This document shows, one piece after another, positions 38,753 through 48,203 of a stretch of 64,000 nucleotides of DNA. The translations under genes and the position numbers were made by a program. This stretch comes from Thermodesulfobacteriota bacterium (GTDB taxonomy: Bacteria > Desulfobacterota > QYQD01), in the NCBI GenBank assembly GCA_031082315.1, contig JAVHLC010000006.1, forward strand, positions 16,560 to 80,559, read 5' to 3'. The first letter of the stretch is position 1, and each line of letters opens with the position of its first letter. The notes beneath the pieces were generated by a model. It ran no database searches and had not been told where the DNA came from. It was given only the letters and a program-made list of their open reading frames with translations.

Positions 38753-41152
38753 TTATTTTTCTTCCTTCATGAAGGCCTTTACATGTTCGGCCATTTTCTT
38801 TAGATTTTGATCCACCCGGCAGAAGACAGTTTCCTCGTTATAGGTCCCGTCTTCTTTCCGCTTGCCGGCTTCGATGCCGGTAAGGATCTCGATGCCTTCT
38901 TCCACTGTGGAAATGGGATAGATATAGAATTTGCCCTCCCGGACTGCCTCCACCACGTCTTTGCGTAGCATCAAATCTTTTACATTTCGTTCCGGAATAA
39001 TTACCCCCTGTTCGCCGGTCAGGCCCAGGGCTTTGCACACTTCATAAAAACCTTCGACTTTTCGTGTAACTCCGCCGACGGGCAGAATTTCCCCTTTTTG
39101 GCTTACCGCTCCGGTGACGGCTATTCCTTGATAGATCGGAACATCCGCCAGGCTGGACAGCAAGGCAAAGAGTTCTGCCCCGGATGCAGAATCGCCCTCG
39201 ACCATGCCATAGCTTTGCTCAAAACATAGCGTGGCGGATAAAGTCAATGGTTTGTCATGGGCAAATTTTTCTTTCAGGTATCCACCGAGGATCATAACTC
39301 CTTTGGTATGGATACGCCCGCTCAGCTCGGCTTCGCGGTCAATGGTTACGACACCTTCCTTACCGATGGAGACATTAGCGGTAATACGGGTCGGCCTTCC
39401 GAACGTATAATCGCCAAGGTCATATACTGAAAGTCCGTTTACTTGTCCGCTTATACGGCCGTCAGTCTGGATCTTTATGGTTCCTTTGGCTATGGCTTCT
39501 TGTATTTTTTCTTCATAGAGATTGGAGCGAAATCTCTTCTCAGCGATGGCTTTTTCGACGTGGTCGGCCGTGATATAATCTTTTTTATCCTCAGTGGCCC
39601 AGAAGTGGGCTTCCTTGACTATGTCATAGATCTCTGCAAGCTCCAGGGTCAGCTTGTTCTTGTCGCCGGACAGTTCCGAGCTGTATTCGACGAGGCGGGC
39701 CACGCCGGTTTTATGCAAGGGCCTGAGATTTTGTTTATAAACCATGGTCTTTAAGCAGCTTATAAACTGCTCCAGCTTGGCTGGTTGATTGTCCATTTCC
39801 ACGTCAAGATGGGCCTTGACCTTAAACAGTTCTCGGAAGGTCTCGTCATAATTGTAGAGTAGGTAGTAGATATATGGATCACCGATGAGGATGGTTTTTA
39901 CCCGCAGCGGGACAGGTTCCGGCTTGAGGGTTTTGGTTGTGATGTAACCAAATTGTTCGGCGAGACCCTCGATGCGTATTTCCTTATTTTTTATAGTCCT
40001 TTTCAGCGCCTCATAGGAAAAAAACCACTTCAAAAGATCCAGCACCTTGATAATTAAATACCCGCCATTGGCCTGGTGCAGGGCGCCGGGCTTGATCATG
40101 GTGAAGTCGGTGAAAAGGGCGCCGAATTGGGCCTTGTATTCTATGGTCCCGAAGAGGTTCGGATAGTTGGGATTGGTGCAATAGACCACCGGGGCCCCCT
40201 TAAGTTTCGAATTATCTATGAGCACATTGACCTCATAGCGCGTAAATGACGGGGCGGGAGAAGCTATCGGGAACGGCCCGGCAGGCGCGGCCTTTTGTTT
40301 AAAGTCATCTATATGCTTAATCACGTCATCCTGTACATCCTGCAGGTAGGTGACTACGGCCGGATGCGATCTGTATTTTTCTTTGAGGTCATCGATAAAA
40401 TGGCCTACGGCCTGGAGGGTTACGTCTCTATCTAACCCCTTTAACTCGGCGCGAAATTCCTTTTCCATCTGTTGTATCTTGTGAGCGGCAATGTTCATCT
40501 CTTTTTGCAGGGCCTCGCTTTTAGCCCGGAGCCCGGCCCTCTGCCCGTCAGAAAGGGCCTTGATATCCTCCTGCGCGAGGGGTGTCCCATCTTCTTTGGC
40601 CGGGATGACCATCATACCGCCTTGATCTACATTCAGGGCAAACCCTTCCTGCCTGGCTCGTTCTTCCAGTTCTTCAAAGATTTTTGCCCGGCGGGCGTTA
40701 AATCCCTTAACAATCTCTTCTTTGCGCGTCAGATAGTATTCACTTCCAAAGACCTCAGAAATCTGCATCTTGAGATTTTCGATGAGTTCTTCCATGTCCT
40801 TCTGAAATTCTTTGCCCTCGCCTACCGGAAGTTCTATAGCTATCGGCTTGTCCGGTTCCTTGAAATTATGCACATAACAACAATCGGGAGGCACATCCTG
40901 TTTGTCGGCTATATCTTCCAGAAAGGATTTGACGATGTAGCTCATGCCCGTATTCGGAGCGCCGGCCATATAAACATTATATTCCAGGTCTGACATCTTA
41001 ATGCCGAACTTCAGGGCATTAACCGCGCGTTCCTGGCCTATAACGCCATTTTTCAGGGTAAGCACTTCGTCTGTGGTGGTAAACCCAAGGGTCTCCGGAT
41101 CACAGGTCCTTCTCAACTCAGAGATAGATGCTTCTTTGAATTTTTTCGCCAT
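38753..41152 (-). CDS. Lon-like protease (AAA-like domain with coiled-coil insertion plus Lon Ser-Lys protease domain)
   Basis: C-terminal Lon protease domain (MVEGDSASGAELFALLSSL, VTGAVSQKGEILPVGGVTRKVEG). The N-terminal AAA-like domain has P-loop position GAPNTGMS (no Lys) and a long charged helical insertion. Confidence 0.88.
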   Translation of the reverse strand: MAKKFKEASISELRRTCDPETLGFTTTDEVLTLKNGVIGQERAVNALKFGIKMSDLEYNVYMAGAPNTGMSYIVKSFLEDIADKQDVPPDCCYVHNFKEPDKPIAIELPVGEGKEFQKDMEELIENLKMQISEVFGSEYYLTRKEEIVKGFNARRAKIFEELEERARQEGFALNVDQGGMMVIPAKEDGTPLAQEDIKALSDGQRAGLRAKSEALQKEMNIAAHKIQQMEKEFRAELKGLDRDVTLQAVGHFIDDLKEKYRSHPAVVTYLQDVQDDVIKHIDDFKQKAAPAGPFPIASPAPSFTRYEVNVLIDNSKLKGAPVVYCTNPNYPNLFGTIEYKAQFGALFTDFTMIKPGALHQANGGYLIIKVLDLLKWFFSYEALKRTIKNKEIRIEGLAEQFGYITTKTLKPEPVPLRVKTILIGDPYIYYLLYNYDETFRELFKVKAHLDVEMDNQPAKLEQFISCLKTMVYKQNLRPLHKTGVARLVEYSSELSGDKNKLTLELAEIYDIVKEAHFWATEDKKDYITADHVEKAIAEKRFRSNLYEEKIQEAIAKGTIKIQTDGRISGQVNGLSVYDLGDYTFGRPTRITANVSIGKEGVVTIDREAELSGRIHTKGVMILGGYLKEKFAHDKPLTLSATLCFEQSYGMVEGDSASGAELFALLSSLADVPIYQGIAVTGAVSQKGEILPVGGVTRKVEGFYEVCKALGLTGEQGVIIPERNVKDLMLRKDVVEAVREGKFYIYPISTVEEGIEILTGIEAGKRKEDGTYNEETVFCRVDQNLKKMAEHVKAFMKEEK

Positions 41153-41245
41153 AAGCCGTTCCGTTGTGAGAGAATTAGTCTGTCAGGATGCTTTACTCTA
41201 CATGAAAAACGATATGGTTGGCAAGCGAAAACGTTTGATATTGAC

Positions 41246-41287
41246 GGATAGCGTATAGGGGATAGCGGGTAGCGTATAGCGGATAGA
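41246..41287. repeat. heptamer tandem array (GGATAGC/GTATAGC) x6
   Basis: ggatagc gtatagg ggatagc gggtagc gtatagc ggataga. Confidence 0.9.
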
Positions 41288-41312
41288 GAATGGAGGGAGG
41301 GCGGTCTTTTGA

Positions 41313-41867
41313 CTACCACTTTTTGTTCCACAGGTCCGTAAAATACTTGACCTGGCAGCTATGCTCTACAGACGAAAGAACCACAAATGCCTCATCGACC
41401 GTGTTTCCCCGGGCAAAGACGCCGTGTCCTCTGACCAGAACGGCTTTGTGATCGCACAGGGCCGCGGCTGCACTTTGGGCCAGACCTCTGGACCCTACGC
41501 CTCCCTGAACAATAGGTATTTCGTGGAGTAGATAAACGCTTTCTGAATCCTCGGGGCGCAGCTCGGTTCCGGCCGGATATAAGAGAGACAGGACTACAGC
41601 GAATTCAGAGTGGCCATGTAAGACAGCTAGAGCGGAAGTTTCTTTATAGATTTCTCTATGCACAACTAGTTCTGTTGAGGCTATCATATCCAGTGAAGAT
41701 GGCCCGGAAAGGAAAACCTCCACAATCTGGCCTTCCAGTTCGTCAAGCATGCTCCCGGTCGTGCTTATCAGTATCCGGTCCCCGATACGCTTACTGACGT
41801 TACCGAAATGCGAATGTGCCAGCCTTTGGGCGACCATTTTCTTTCCGTATTTGATTAACTCTTCCAT
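41313..41867 (-). CDS. class II aldolase/adducin-domain protein
   Basis: HFGNVSKR, AVLHGHSEFAVV and VLVRGHGVFARG motifs of the fuculose-phosphate-aldolase-like family. Confidence 0.85.
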   Translation of the reverse strand: MEELIKYGKKMVAQRLAHSHFGNVSKRIGDRILISTTGSMLDELEGQIVEVFLSGPSSLDMIASTELVVHREIYKETSALAVLHGHSEFAVVLSLLYPAGTELRPEDSESVYLLHEIPIVQGGVGSRGLAQSAAAALCDHKAVLVRGHGVFARGNTVDEAFVVLSSVEHSCQVKYFTDLWNKKW

Positions 41868-41912
41868 GTCCAGGACAATCCTTACGGCCTCAAAAAGTCC
41901 GTCTGTGCGCGG

Positions 41913-43646
41913 CTACAAGTTCATCAATCCTAAGTCCTTGAGCTTATGGTCTCCGGGCACACCTTCGTCGGTCCATCCTCTATGCCGGTAGTATTCTGTT
42001 AAGGCTTTATCATAATGAATTCGGTCGATATTTTCCACCGAGGCGTTCTCTAGGCCCGTCTTTTCATAAAAGCGATTCGGCAGGAAATCGTCATTTTTTG
42101 TAAATCCTTCCCGGATATTATAGAGTCTTTCCAGGTTCCAGATCCGTTCGCCGATCTTATTAAGATCGTCTGCCGCGAAAGTTTCGCCGGTTACGGCAGT
42201 CAGTATATTGGCATATTCTTCTTGTCCGGCCCCTAAGTAAGCAAACTTACACACTACCAGGGAATCTACAGCAGCAAAAGTGTCTTGAAATATGGCCAAG
42301 TAAGAAGGCTTGCCTGTGAAGGTGCGTGGCTCAATAGCTTTGGGCTTACGCAGCGCTTCCGGGGCAACCATATAGGCTCCCAGGTGACATCCGCCCCGGT
42401 TCGATGTCCCGTAGGCCAGCGCCAGGCCGTAGGCTTTACGTGGGTCATAAGCCGGGAGTTCTAGCCCTTTAACGGTCATCGAAGCCTCTTTTCGGTTTTG
42501 GGCTCGGGCATAATGCAGTGAACCTTCACCCATGGCCGCCCCTGACCCTCTGACCTCGCCTATGTCCTTGACAAGATCGCAGATCTCAGCCGGTTTAAGT
42601 TTCACGCCCCTTATCTCCGCATAGCAGGCCAAGGTAGAGCCAACGCTGATGGTGTCCAACCCGTAGTCATTGCAGATTTGGTTAACTTCGATAATAGATG
42701 GCAGGGCGCTGTTTTCATTATTGGGGCCGAACATACCTATGGTTTCATATTCCGGCAAAGGGATATGGGCTTGCATCTCCTTTTTACAGGCCACGGGACA
42801 GGCAAGGCAGGCCCTGCTCTTTGGTTTGTATAATTTTTTCAGGGCTTCCGCCGCTAATACATCGGCCTCTGGAAATGACGATTTTCTGAAATTGGCTACG
42901 GGCAGGAGCCCGGCCCAATTAATTACTTTGATAAGACTGGGTGTGCCAAGAAGGGAGAGGTTTTTCAAAACCGGGCTGGCCGCAATGATTTTGTTCAGGT
43001 TTTCCTGGCGATTTTTAAATTCTTTTGGCCGGGCTATTTTTACACTCCCGGTACCGTTGATGGCGATAGCTTTAAGCCCTTTCGCGCCCATTACGGCGCC
43101 CAGTCCACCTCGGCCAAAGGCGTGGGATCGGTTGTGCATTATAGAGGCCAGACGGTTTTTTTTCTCTCCGGCTATGCCGATACAGAGGACTGCTTTGTAC
43201 CCCTTCAGGTGGTCAAAGACTTGTCCGGTATTTTTCCCCCACAGTTCCCACGCATTTTTCAGGACAGGCCGGTCGCCTCCAATTTCGAGGAGAAGTGGTT
43301 CTGGAGAGGCGCCATCTATGATTATTGCGTCATAGCCCGTTTTTTTTACGTGCACGCCAAATGTACCACCAACGTTACTGTAACAGATGGCGCCCGTTAA
43401 TGGTGATTTGGATACAGCCGTGGCCCGGCCGGAGGCCAGCGCCCCGGTGCCGGTGAGGGGACCAGTAGCAAAAACCAGGAGATTGTCCGGGGATAAAGGT
43501 TCGACCTGACCACGGTCATAGACCCATTTTACGCCCAGACCGCGTCCGCCCAGATAGAGTTCCCTTTCCTGCGAATCGAGGCGTTCCTCATCTATAGTCC
43601 TGTGAGTCAGATTGACCCTCAATATTTTACCTGTCCAGCCAAACAT
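41913..43646 (-). CDS. aldehyde:ferredoxin oxidoreductase (tungsten/molybdopterin AOR family)
   Basis: MFGWTGKILRVNLT start typical of AOR, a Cys cluster region (ACLACPVACKK), and the NRGGCHL motif. The ORF-track start 43715 lies in a heptamer repeat. Confidence 0.93.
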   Translation of the reverse strand: MFGWTGKILRVNLTHRTIDEERLDSQERELYLGGRGLGVKWVYDRGQVEPLSPDNLLVFATGPLTGTGALASGRATAVSKSPLTGAICYSNVGGTFGVHVKKTGYDAIIIDGASPEPLLLEIGGDRPVLKNAWELWGKNTGQVFDHLKGYKAVLCIGIAGEKKNRLASIMHNRSHAFGRGGLGAVMGAKGLKAIAINGTGSVKIARPKEFKNRQENLNKIIAASPVLKNLSLLGTPSLIKVINWAGLLPVANFRKSSFPEADVLAAEALKKLYKPKSRACLACPVACKKEMQAHIPLPEYETIGMFGPNNENSALPSIIEVNQICNDYGLDTISVGSTLACYAEIRGVKLKPAEICDLVKDIGEVRGSGAAMGEGSLHYARAQNRKEASMTVKGLELPAYDPRKAYGLALAYGTSNRGGCHLGAYMVAPEALRKPKAIEPRTFTGKPSYLAIFQDTFAAVDSLVVCKFAYLGAGQEEYANILTAVTGETFAADDLNKIGERIWNLERLYNIREGFTKNDDFLPNRFYEKTGLENASVENIDRIHYDKALTEYYRHRGWTDEGVPGDHKLKDLGLMNL

Positions 43647-43704
43647 AGGTGTACGATAGCTACTATATTGCGCAAGGGAAGTCAAATCCAAAAAGTCCGG
43701 ATGA

Positions 43705-43823
43705 GCTTTCAGCATTCAGCTCTCAGCGTTCAGCTTAATATGTTGTTTATCTTAGATTTTTGCTGACGGCTGAAAGCTGATCGCTGTAAGCGTGAATCCG
43801 GAAACAGTAGTTTCCGGATGAGC
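43705..43823 (+). repeat. composite element family B, copy 2
   Basis: ctttcagc attcagc tctcagc gttcagc ttaatatgttgtttatcttagatttttgctgacggctgaaagctgatcgctgtaagcgtgaatccggaaacagtagtttccggatgagc. Confidence 0.85.
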
Positions 43824-43878
43824 ATTATTTAAAGAAAATGTGACACAGGAGGGCAAAATTTTTTACGATATATTGTCC

Positions 43879-43908
43879 TTGACACAGAAGTTATCGCGGC
43901 CATACAAT
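43879..43908 (+). promoter_or_regulatory. candidate sigma70 promoter for the phosphorelay operon
   Basis: TTGACA, an 18-nt spacer, then TACAAT. About 240 nt upstream of the activator ATG. Confidence 0.4.
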
Positions 43909-44033
43909 ATTTACGCTAAATTTTCTTAAATATTCTGATGAGGTATGCTATAAGAGCAGTATATGGGTGACGGTCGTTTCAGGTGTTTGTTCCGTGGTGT
44001 CAGCCTCTTTACATATTTGGATAGTATTTATCC

Positions 44034-44110
44034 GAAAATCCCCCTGTATCCCCCTTTTCCAAAGGGGGATTTCAATATTTCCCCCCTTTAGCAAAGGGGG
44101 GTGTGGGGGG
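44034..44110. repeat. G/C-run hairpin repeat, copy 2 (two hairpins)
   Basis: ATCCCCCTTT-tcc-AAAGGGGGAT (44048..44070) and CCCCCCTTT-agc-AAAGGGGGG (44081..44101). Confidence 0.85.
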
Positions 44111-44151
44111 ATTTGGCAGTTTCCGGGTGGGAACTAGATAAAGGGATCACG

Positions 44152-46029
44152 ATGCGGAAGCTTTTATTAATCGATGACGAAGAAGGCGTAAGAAACATTT
44201 TAGGACTTTCTTTAAGGAACGACGGGTATAATGTTTTGTTGGCCGGAGATGGTCGGAAGGGCCTGGAGCTGTTGAAGGGCGAGCAGCCGGATATAGTCCT
44301 GACCGATATAAAAATGCCCGGTATGGATGGCCTCGAAGTTTTAAAGAAGGTTAAAGAAATCAGACCGGAAACAGAGGTTATAATTATTACCGGACATGGA
44401 GATATGAGCCTGGCCGTCAAGTCTCTCCAATTGGACGCCTCTGACTTTATAACCAAGCCGGTCAGTGACGAGGCGCTTTCCATTGCCCTGGTCCGGGCTG
44501 AAAACAGACTGGAAGTGAGGGCCAGACTCCGGGAATATACCAATAACATGGAGAATCTGGTCAGGGAAAAGACCGGGGAGCTTGAGAAGACTTACAAAGG
44601 TATAGAGGCATTCTATAACATCTATCAACATATCAGCGACAAGACCTCTTTAAAAGAGGTTCTTGATTTTATAATTGGTAAGGTAGGCGAGTTCATTAAT
44701 TATCAGCACGTACAACCCTTGATCTTTAACGGACGGAAGGATGGTTTTGTTGTTATTGAAGGCTATAAGCCGGCAGGATCTGAAATGGAAACTGCCGGGG
44801 TAATGGAACTGGCCTCTATAGTCGAGCCGATAACGCTCAAAGATACCCAGTTTGATAGCCTGTGCGTTAAAGGATTGGATAGTCTGCCCGGGGTGCTCAT
44901 CCCCATCGCGAAGCATGGCGATGTCATCGGCGGCATTGTGATTTATAGTCGTGAGGCTATTTCAGAGAAAGATGTCAGGTTCGTATATCTTATGGTTTCA
45001 CAGGCAGCGGGGACGGTCCGCCGGATTGTTTTACAGGACGAAAAGCTGCGGGACTTGCATAACAAGATCGCAAGGTTTTCAAGATACGGCGAGCTTATCG
45101 GCAAGGACCATAAGATGCAGCAGATTTATGACCTTATCGGGGACGTGGCGCCCACTAACGTGACTGTTCTCATTCAGGGAGAAAGTGGCACCGGCAAGGA
45201 ATTGGTAGCCAGGGCTATTCACATGAACAGCCTGCGCAAAGATAAACACTTTGTAGCGGTTAACTGTTCTTCTTATCCCCTTACCCTGCTGGAAAGTGAG
45301 CTTTTTGGCCATGAAAGGGGCGCTTTTACCGGCGCCGTGCGCCGGAGGCTGGGATGTTTTGAGCGGGCCCATGGCGGTACGATTTTTCTGGATGAAATAG
45401 GAGAGATCCCGCCGGTCTTTCAGGTCAAACTTTTACGGGTCCTTGAGACCCAGGAATTTCAGAGGCTAGGGGGCGAGGAGGCCATTAAGGTGGATATAAG
45501 GATTGTTGTGGCTACTAACAAGGAACTGCGGAAGGAGGTAGAGAAGGGTGCATTCAGAGAAGACCTCTATTATCGCCTCAATATCATCCCCATAAGTTTG
45601 CCCCCTTTGCGCACTAGAAAGAATGATATTCCCCTCTTGGCCGGGCACTTCCTGGCCAAGTTGAATGCCGGCCAGGGGGAAAAGGTTATGGGTATTACAC
45701 CGGAGGCCATGCGGATATTGATGGACTATCATTGGCCGGGCAATGTCCGGGAACTGGAAAACACCATCGAACACGCCTTTATATTGACCAAAGGAGAGTT
45801 TATCACGGAAGAAAGCCTCCCGGCTTACTTGCGGTTTGGCCTTGATAAAGGGAAAGATGCAAGTTCCTTTGAAGAAAATGAACTGAGATTTCTTACCAGG
45901 ATGTTGGAGCAATACCAGTGGAATAAATTCCAGGTGGCTAAGAAGTTAAATATCAGCCGTAGCACCCTTTATGCCAAGCTCAAAAAATACCATATAGAAT
46001 GTTCCGGATTTACAGTTAACAAAAGTTAA
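44152..46029 (+). CDS. sigma54-dependent response regulator (REC-GAF-like-AAA+-HTH)
   Basis: REC ([24 protein letters not shown]) and AAA+ with intact [24 protein letters not shown] and FREDLYYRL. The Fis-type HTH is [23 protein letters not shown] 44152 was chosen because the longer ORF starts in a G-run repeat. Confidence 0.93.
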   Translation: MRKLLLIDDEEGVRNILGLSLRNDGYNVLLAGDGRKGLELLKGEQPDIVLTDIKMPGMDGLEVLKKVKEIRPETEVIIITGHGDMSLAVKSLQLDASDFITKPVSDEALSIALVRAENRLEVRARLREYTNNMENLVREKTGELEKTYKGIEAFYNIYQHISDKTSLKEVLDFIIGKVGEFINYQHVQPLIFNGRKDGFVVIEGYKPAGSEMETAGVMELASIVEPITLKDTQFDSLCVKGLDSLPGVLIPIAKHGDVIGGIVIYSREAISEKDVRFVYLMVSQAAGTVRRIVLQDEKLRDLHNKIARFSRYGELIGKDHKMQQIYDLIGDVAPTNVTVLIQGESGTGKELVARAIHMNSLRKDKHFVAVNCSSYPLTLLESELFGHERGAFTGAVRRRLGCFERAHGGTIFLDEIGEIPPVFQVKLLRVLETQEFQRLGGEEAIKVDIRIVVATNKELRKEVEKGAFREDLYYRLNIIPISLPPLRTRKNDIPLLAGHFLAKLNAGQGEKVMGITPEAMRILMDYHWPGNVRELENTIEHAFILTKGEFITEESLPAYLRFGLDKGKDASSFEENELRFLTRMLEQYQWNKFQVAKKLNISRSTLYAKLKKYHIECSGFTVNKS

Positions 46030-46108
46030 TGTAGATTGAATAAAAGGCACGAGCGGTCCTTGCCCATCATGGCCCGCCTGTTTTCCAACTGAAAGGCCAT
46101 CGGTTTAT

Positions 46109-48202
46109 ATGTCCTTCTGGGCAATGTTAAGGAACAGACTTATACCGGAAAGCTTAAAGGCCAAGACAATACTTGGCGTCGGGATAATTTTGCTTACAGT
46201 CATGGGCGCTTTCAACTATCTTGCCATAGTTACCCAGGTTAAACGTCTTACGGATGAGAATAGAAAGATGGCCCTGGAGATAAGTAACACCGTCATAAAG
46301 GGGATAGAGTATCCCATGCTTGAGGGCGATATGGATAAAGTCCAGGCCATATTGGAGAGGCTGGGTACCCTGGAAGATTTGAAGGTGGTTCATCTCTGTG
46401 ATGAAAACGGCATTATCAGGCATAACGGGACAGCCCGTTATGATGTCGGGAGGAAGGCCATTTCTCAGGTTACCTTCGAGGCCCTGCGCATCGGCAAGCT
46501 GGCACACGGATTGGAAAAACACCATTTTGATTCTGCTAGTGTAGAGATATTACGTTATGCCATCCCTATTCATAATGAAAAGGCGTGCTATAAGTGCCAT
46601 GGGTCTGAAAAGCCTATCCTGGGGGTGCTATCCGTCGGATTTAGCCGGGACCCGATTCGCAAGATGCTGGCCTCTGTGCGTGGCCAGAATCTATTCTTGG
46701 CCGTAGTCTCGCTGTCGGTGGTTGTTTTTTTCCTGACCTTGTGGCTCAATAGATACATTGTCCGGCCGCTTGCCCGGTTGACCGGGTTAGCTGATGAGAT
46801 CAGCCGGGGCAAATATGTCCCTGGAAGTGGAAAATTCCCGAGGCGGGCCGTTCACTGCTGGGAATTATTGGATTGCAATAAAAAGGATTGTCCCGCATAT
46901 GAACGGAACAGCATACCCTGCTGGTATGTGCCTGATACACTGTGTTTTGGCGAGCCGTCGGGAAAATTTCCTGAAAAGATACAACAGTGCGCAGAATGTC
47001 CTGTTTATAAGCGTCATAAAGGAGATGAAATAGTAAAGCTTCAAGACGCCTTTCGACACATGCTCCATAAGTTGAGCGCTTATGAGAAAGAACTTCGGGT
47101 ATCTGAGGAAAAATACAGACTTTTGTTTAATGCCAATCCTGACCCGATTTTTATTATAGACAGGGATAAGTTCCGGATACTGGACGTTAACGAGAGGACT
47201 TTAGAGCGTTATGGTTACTCAAGGGAAGAATTATTAGAGATGTCTTTTGACAGTCTGGGCCATAAACCAACAGGAGAGGTTATATCTGGGTTCAAAGAGC
47301 TATCGCCCGGGGAATGCGGATTCTTTACGAAGAAAAGGCACACGCATAAAGATGGGCGCCCATTTTATGTGAATATTACCGTTTGTCCGGCAAGATACAT
47401 GGGGATGGACGCATTAATTGTAGCGACGACCGATATTACGGAGAGTGTAGAAAAAGAGGCCCAGCTTATTCAGGCCGGCAAGATGACTACTATTGGTACC
47501 ATGGCCTCCGGCATTGCCCATGAATTGAATCAGCCGTTAAACGTACTCAAGATCGGGAGTGATTTCCTTTTGAAAATGATTAGACGGCGTGAAAAGATTG
47601 ATATCGAAGAGTTGAAGATTGTGGCCGAGGAAATTAGCGGTCATGTGGACCGGGCGTCCGGGATTATTAATCATTTGCGGGAGTTTTCCAGGGCATCTAC
47701 CCCGGTGCGGTCGTTAATGGATATTAATAAACCGATTCAGGACGTGTTTAAGGTATTGGGTCAGCAACTAAGACTGCATCAAGTAGAGATTAAGCTTGAC
47801 CTGGCCAAGGACTTACCTCCAATAATGGCCGACCATAACAGATTGGAACAGGTTTTCATCAACATGGTGACTAATGCGCTGGATGCTATAGATGAGAAGG
47901 TTGAAAAGATGGGGACAGAGGCCGGGGGAATGTCTATAACTATAAAGTCATTCCTGGAAGACGGGCGGGTTGTAGTTGTGGTATCCGATACTGGAATAGG
48001 GATTCCGGATCATATTAAGGACAAGATATTTGAGCCGTTTTTTACCACTAAAGAGGTGGGCAGGGGCACGGGACTGGGCATGTCCATTAGTTATGGAATT
48101 GTCCGTGATTACGGGGGAACCATAGATTTAAAGAGTGAAGCAGGTCTCGGCACAACTTTTGAGTTGAGATTCCCTGTCCATAGTAAGACATCGGAGAATT
48201 AA
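46109..48202 (+). CDS. sensor histidine kinase (periplasmic CXXCH domain, HAMP with Cys-rich insertion, PAS, HisKA, HATPase)
   Basis: TM1 about aa 20-42 and TM2 about aa 195-216. CYKCH at aa 160-164. Seven Cys lie between aa 250 and 297 (HCWELLDCNKKDCP ... IPCW ... LCF ... CAECP). H-box SGIAHELNQP. N, G1 and G2 boxes present (NMVTNALDA, DTGIGI, GRGTGLGMS). Confidence 0.92.
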   Translation: MSFWAMLRNRLIPESLKAKTILGVGIILLTVMGAFNYLAIVTQVKRLTDENRKMALEISNTVIKGIEYPMLEGDMDKVQAILERLGTLEDLKVVHLCDENGIIRHNGTARYDVGRKAISQVTFEALRIGKLAHGLEKHHFDSASVEILRYAIPIHNEKACYKCHGSEKPILGVLSVGFSRDPIRKMLASVRGQNLFLAVVSLSVVVFFLTLWLNRYIVRPLARLTGLADEISRGKYVPGSGKFPRRAVHCWELLDCNKKDCPAYERNSIPCWYVPDTLCFGEPSGKFPEKIQQCAECPVYKRHKGDEIVKLQDAFRHMLHKLSAYEKELRVSEEKYRLLFNANPDPIFIIDRDKFRILDVNERTLERYGYSREELLEMSFDSLGHKPTGEVISGFKELSPGECGFFTKKRHTHKDGRPFYVNITVCPARYMGMDALIVATTDITESVEKEAQLIQAGKMTTIGTMASGIAHELNQPLNVLKIGSDFLLKMIRRREKIDIEELKIVAEEISGHVDRASGIINHLREFSRASTPVRSLMDINKPIQDVFKVLGQQLRLHQVEIKLDLAKDLPPIMADHNRLEQVFINMVTNALDAIDEKVEKMGTEAGGMSITIKSFLEDGRVVVVVSDTGIGIPDHIKDKIFEPFFTTKEVGRGTGLGMSISYGIVRDYGGTIDLKSEAGLGTTFELRFPVHSKTSEN

Positions 48203-48203
48203 G

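Noticed and set aside
44101-44151. N-terminal extension MWGDLAVSGWELDKGIT of the sigma54 regulator
   Set aside because: It starts inside the G-run hairpin repeat. Receiver domains begin a few residues before the LLLIDDEEG strand, which fits ATG 44152.
43647-44151. Sigma54 promoter for the divergent AOR gene
   Set aside because: I scanned both strands for GG-N10-GC with TGGCAC/TTGC context and found nothing with correct spacing. There is no evidence that AOR belongs to the activator's regulon.
46046-46063. GGCAC ... TTGC motif upstream of the histidine kinase as a sigma54 promoter
   Set aside because: The GG to GC distance is 16 nt instead of 12. Likewise GGCAC at 53849 upstream of the dead activator has no TTGC at the right spacing.
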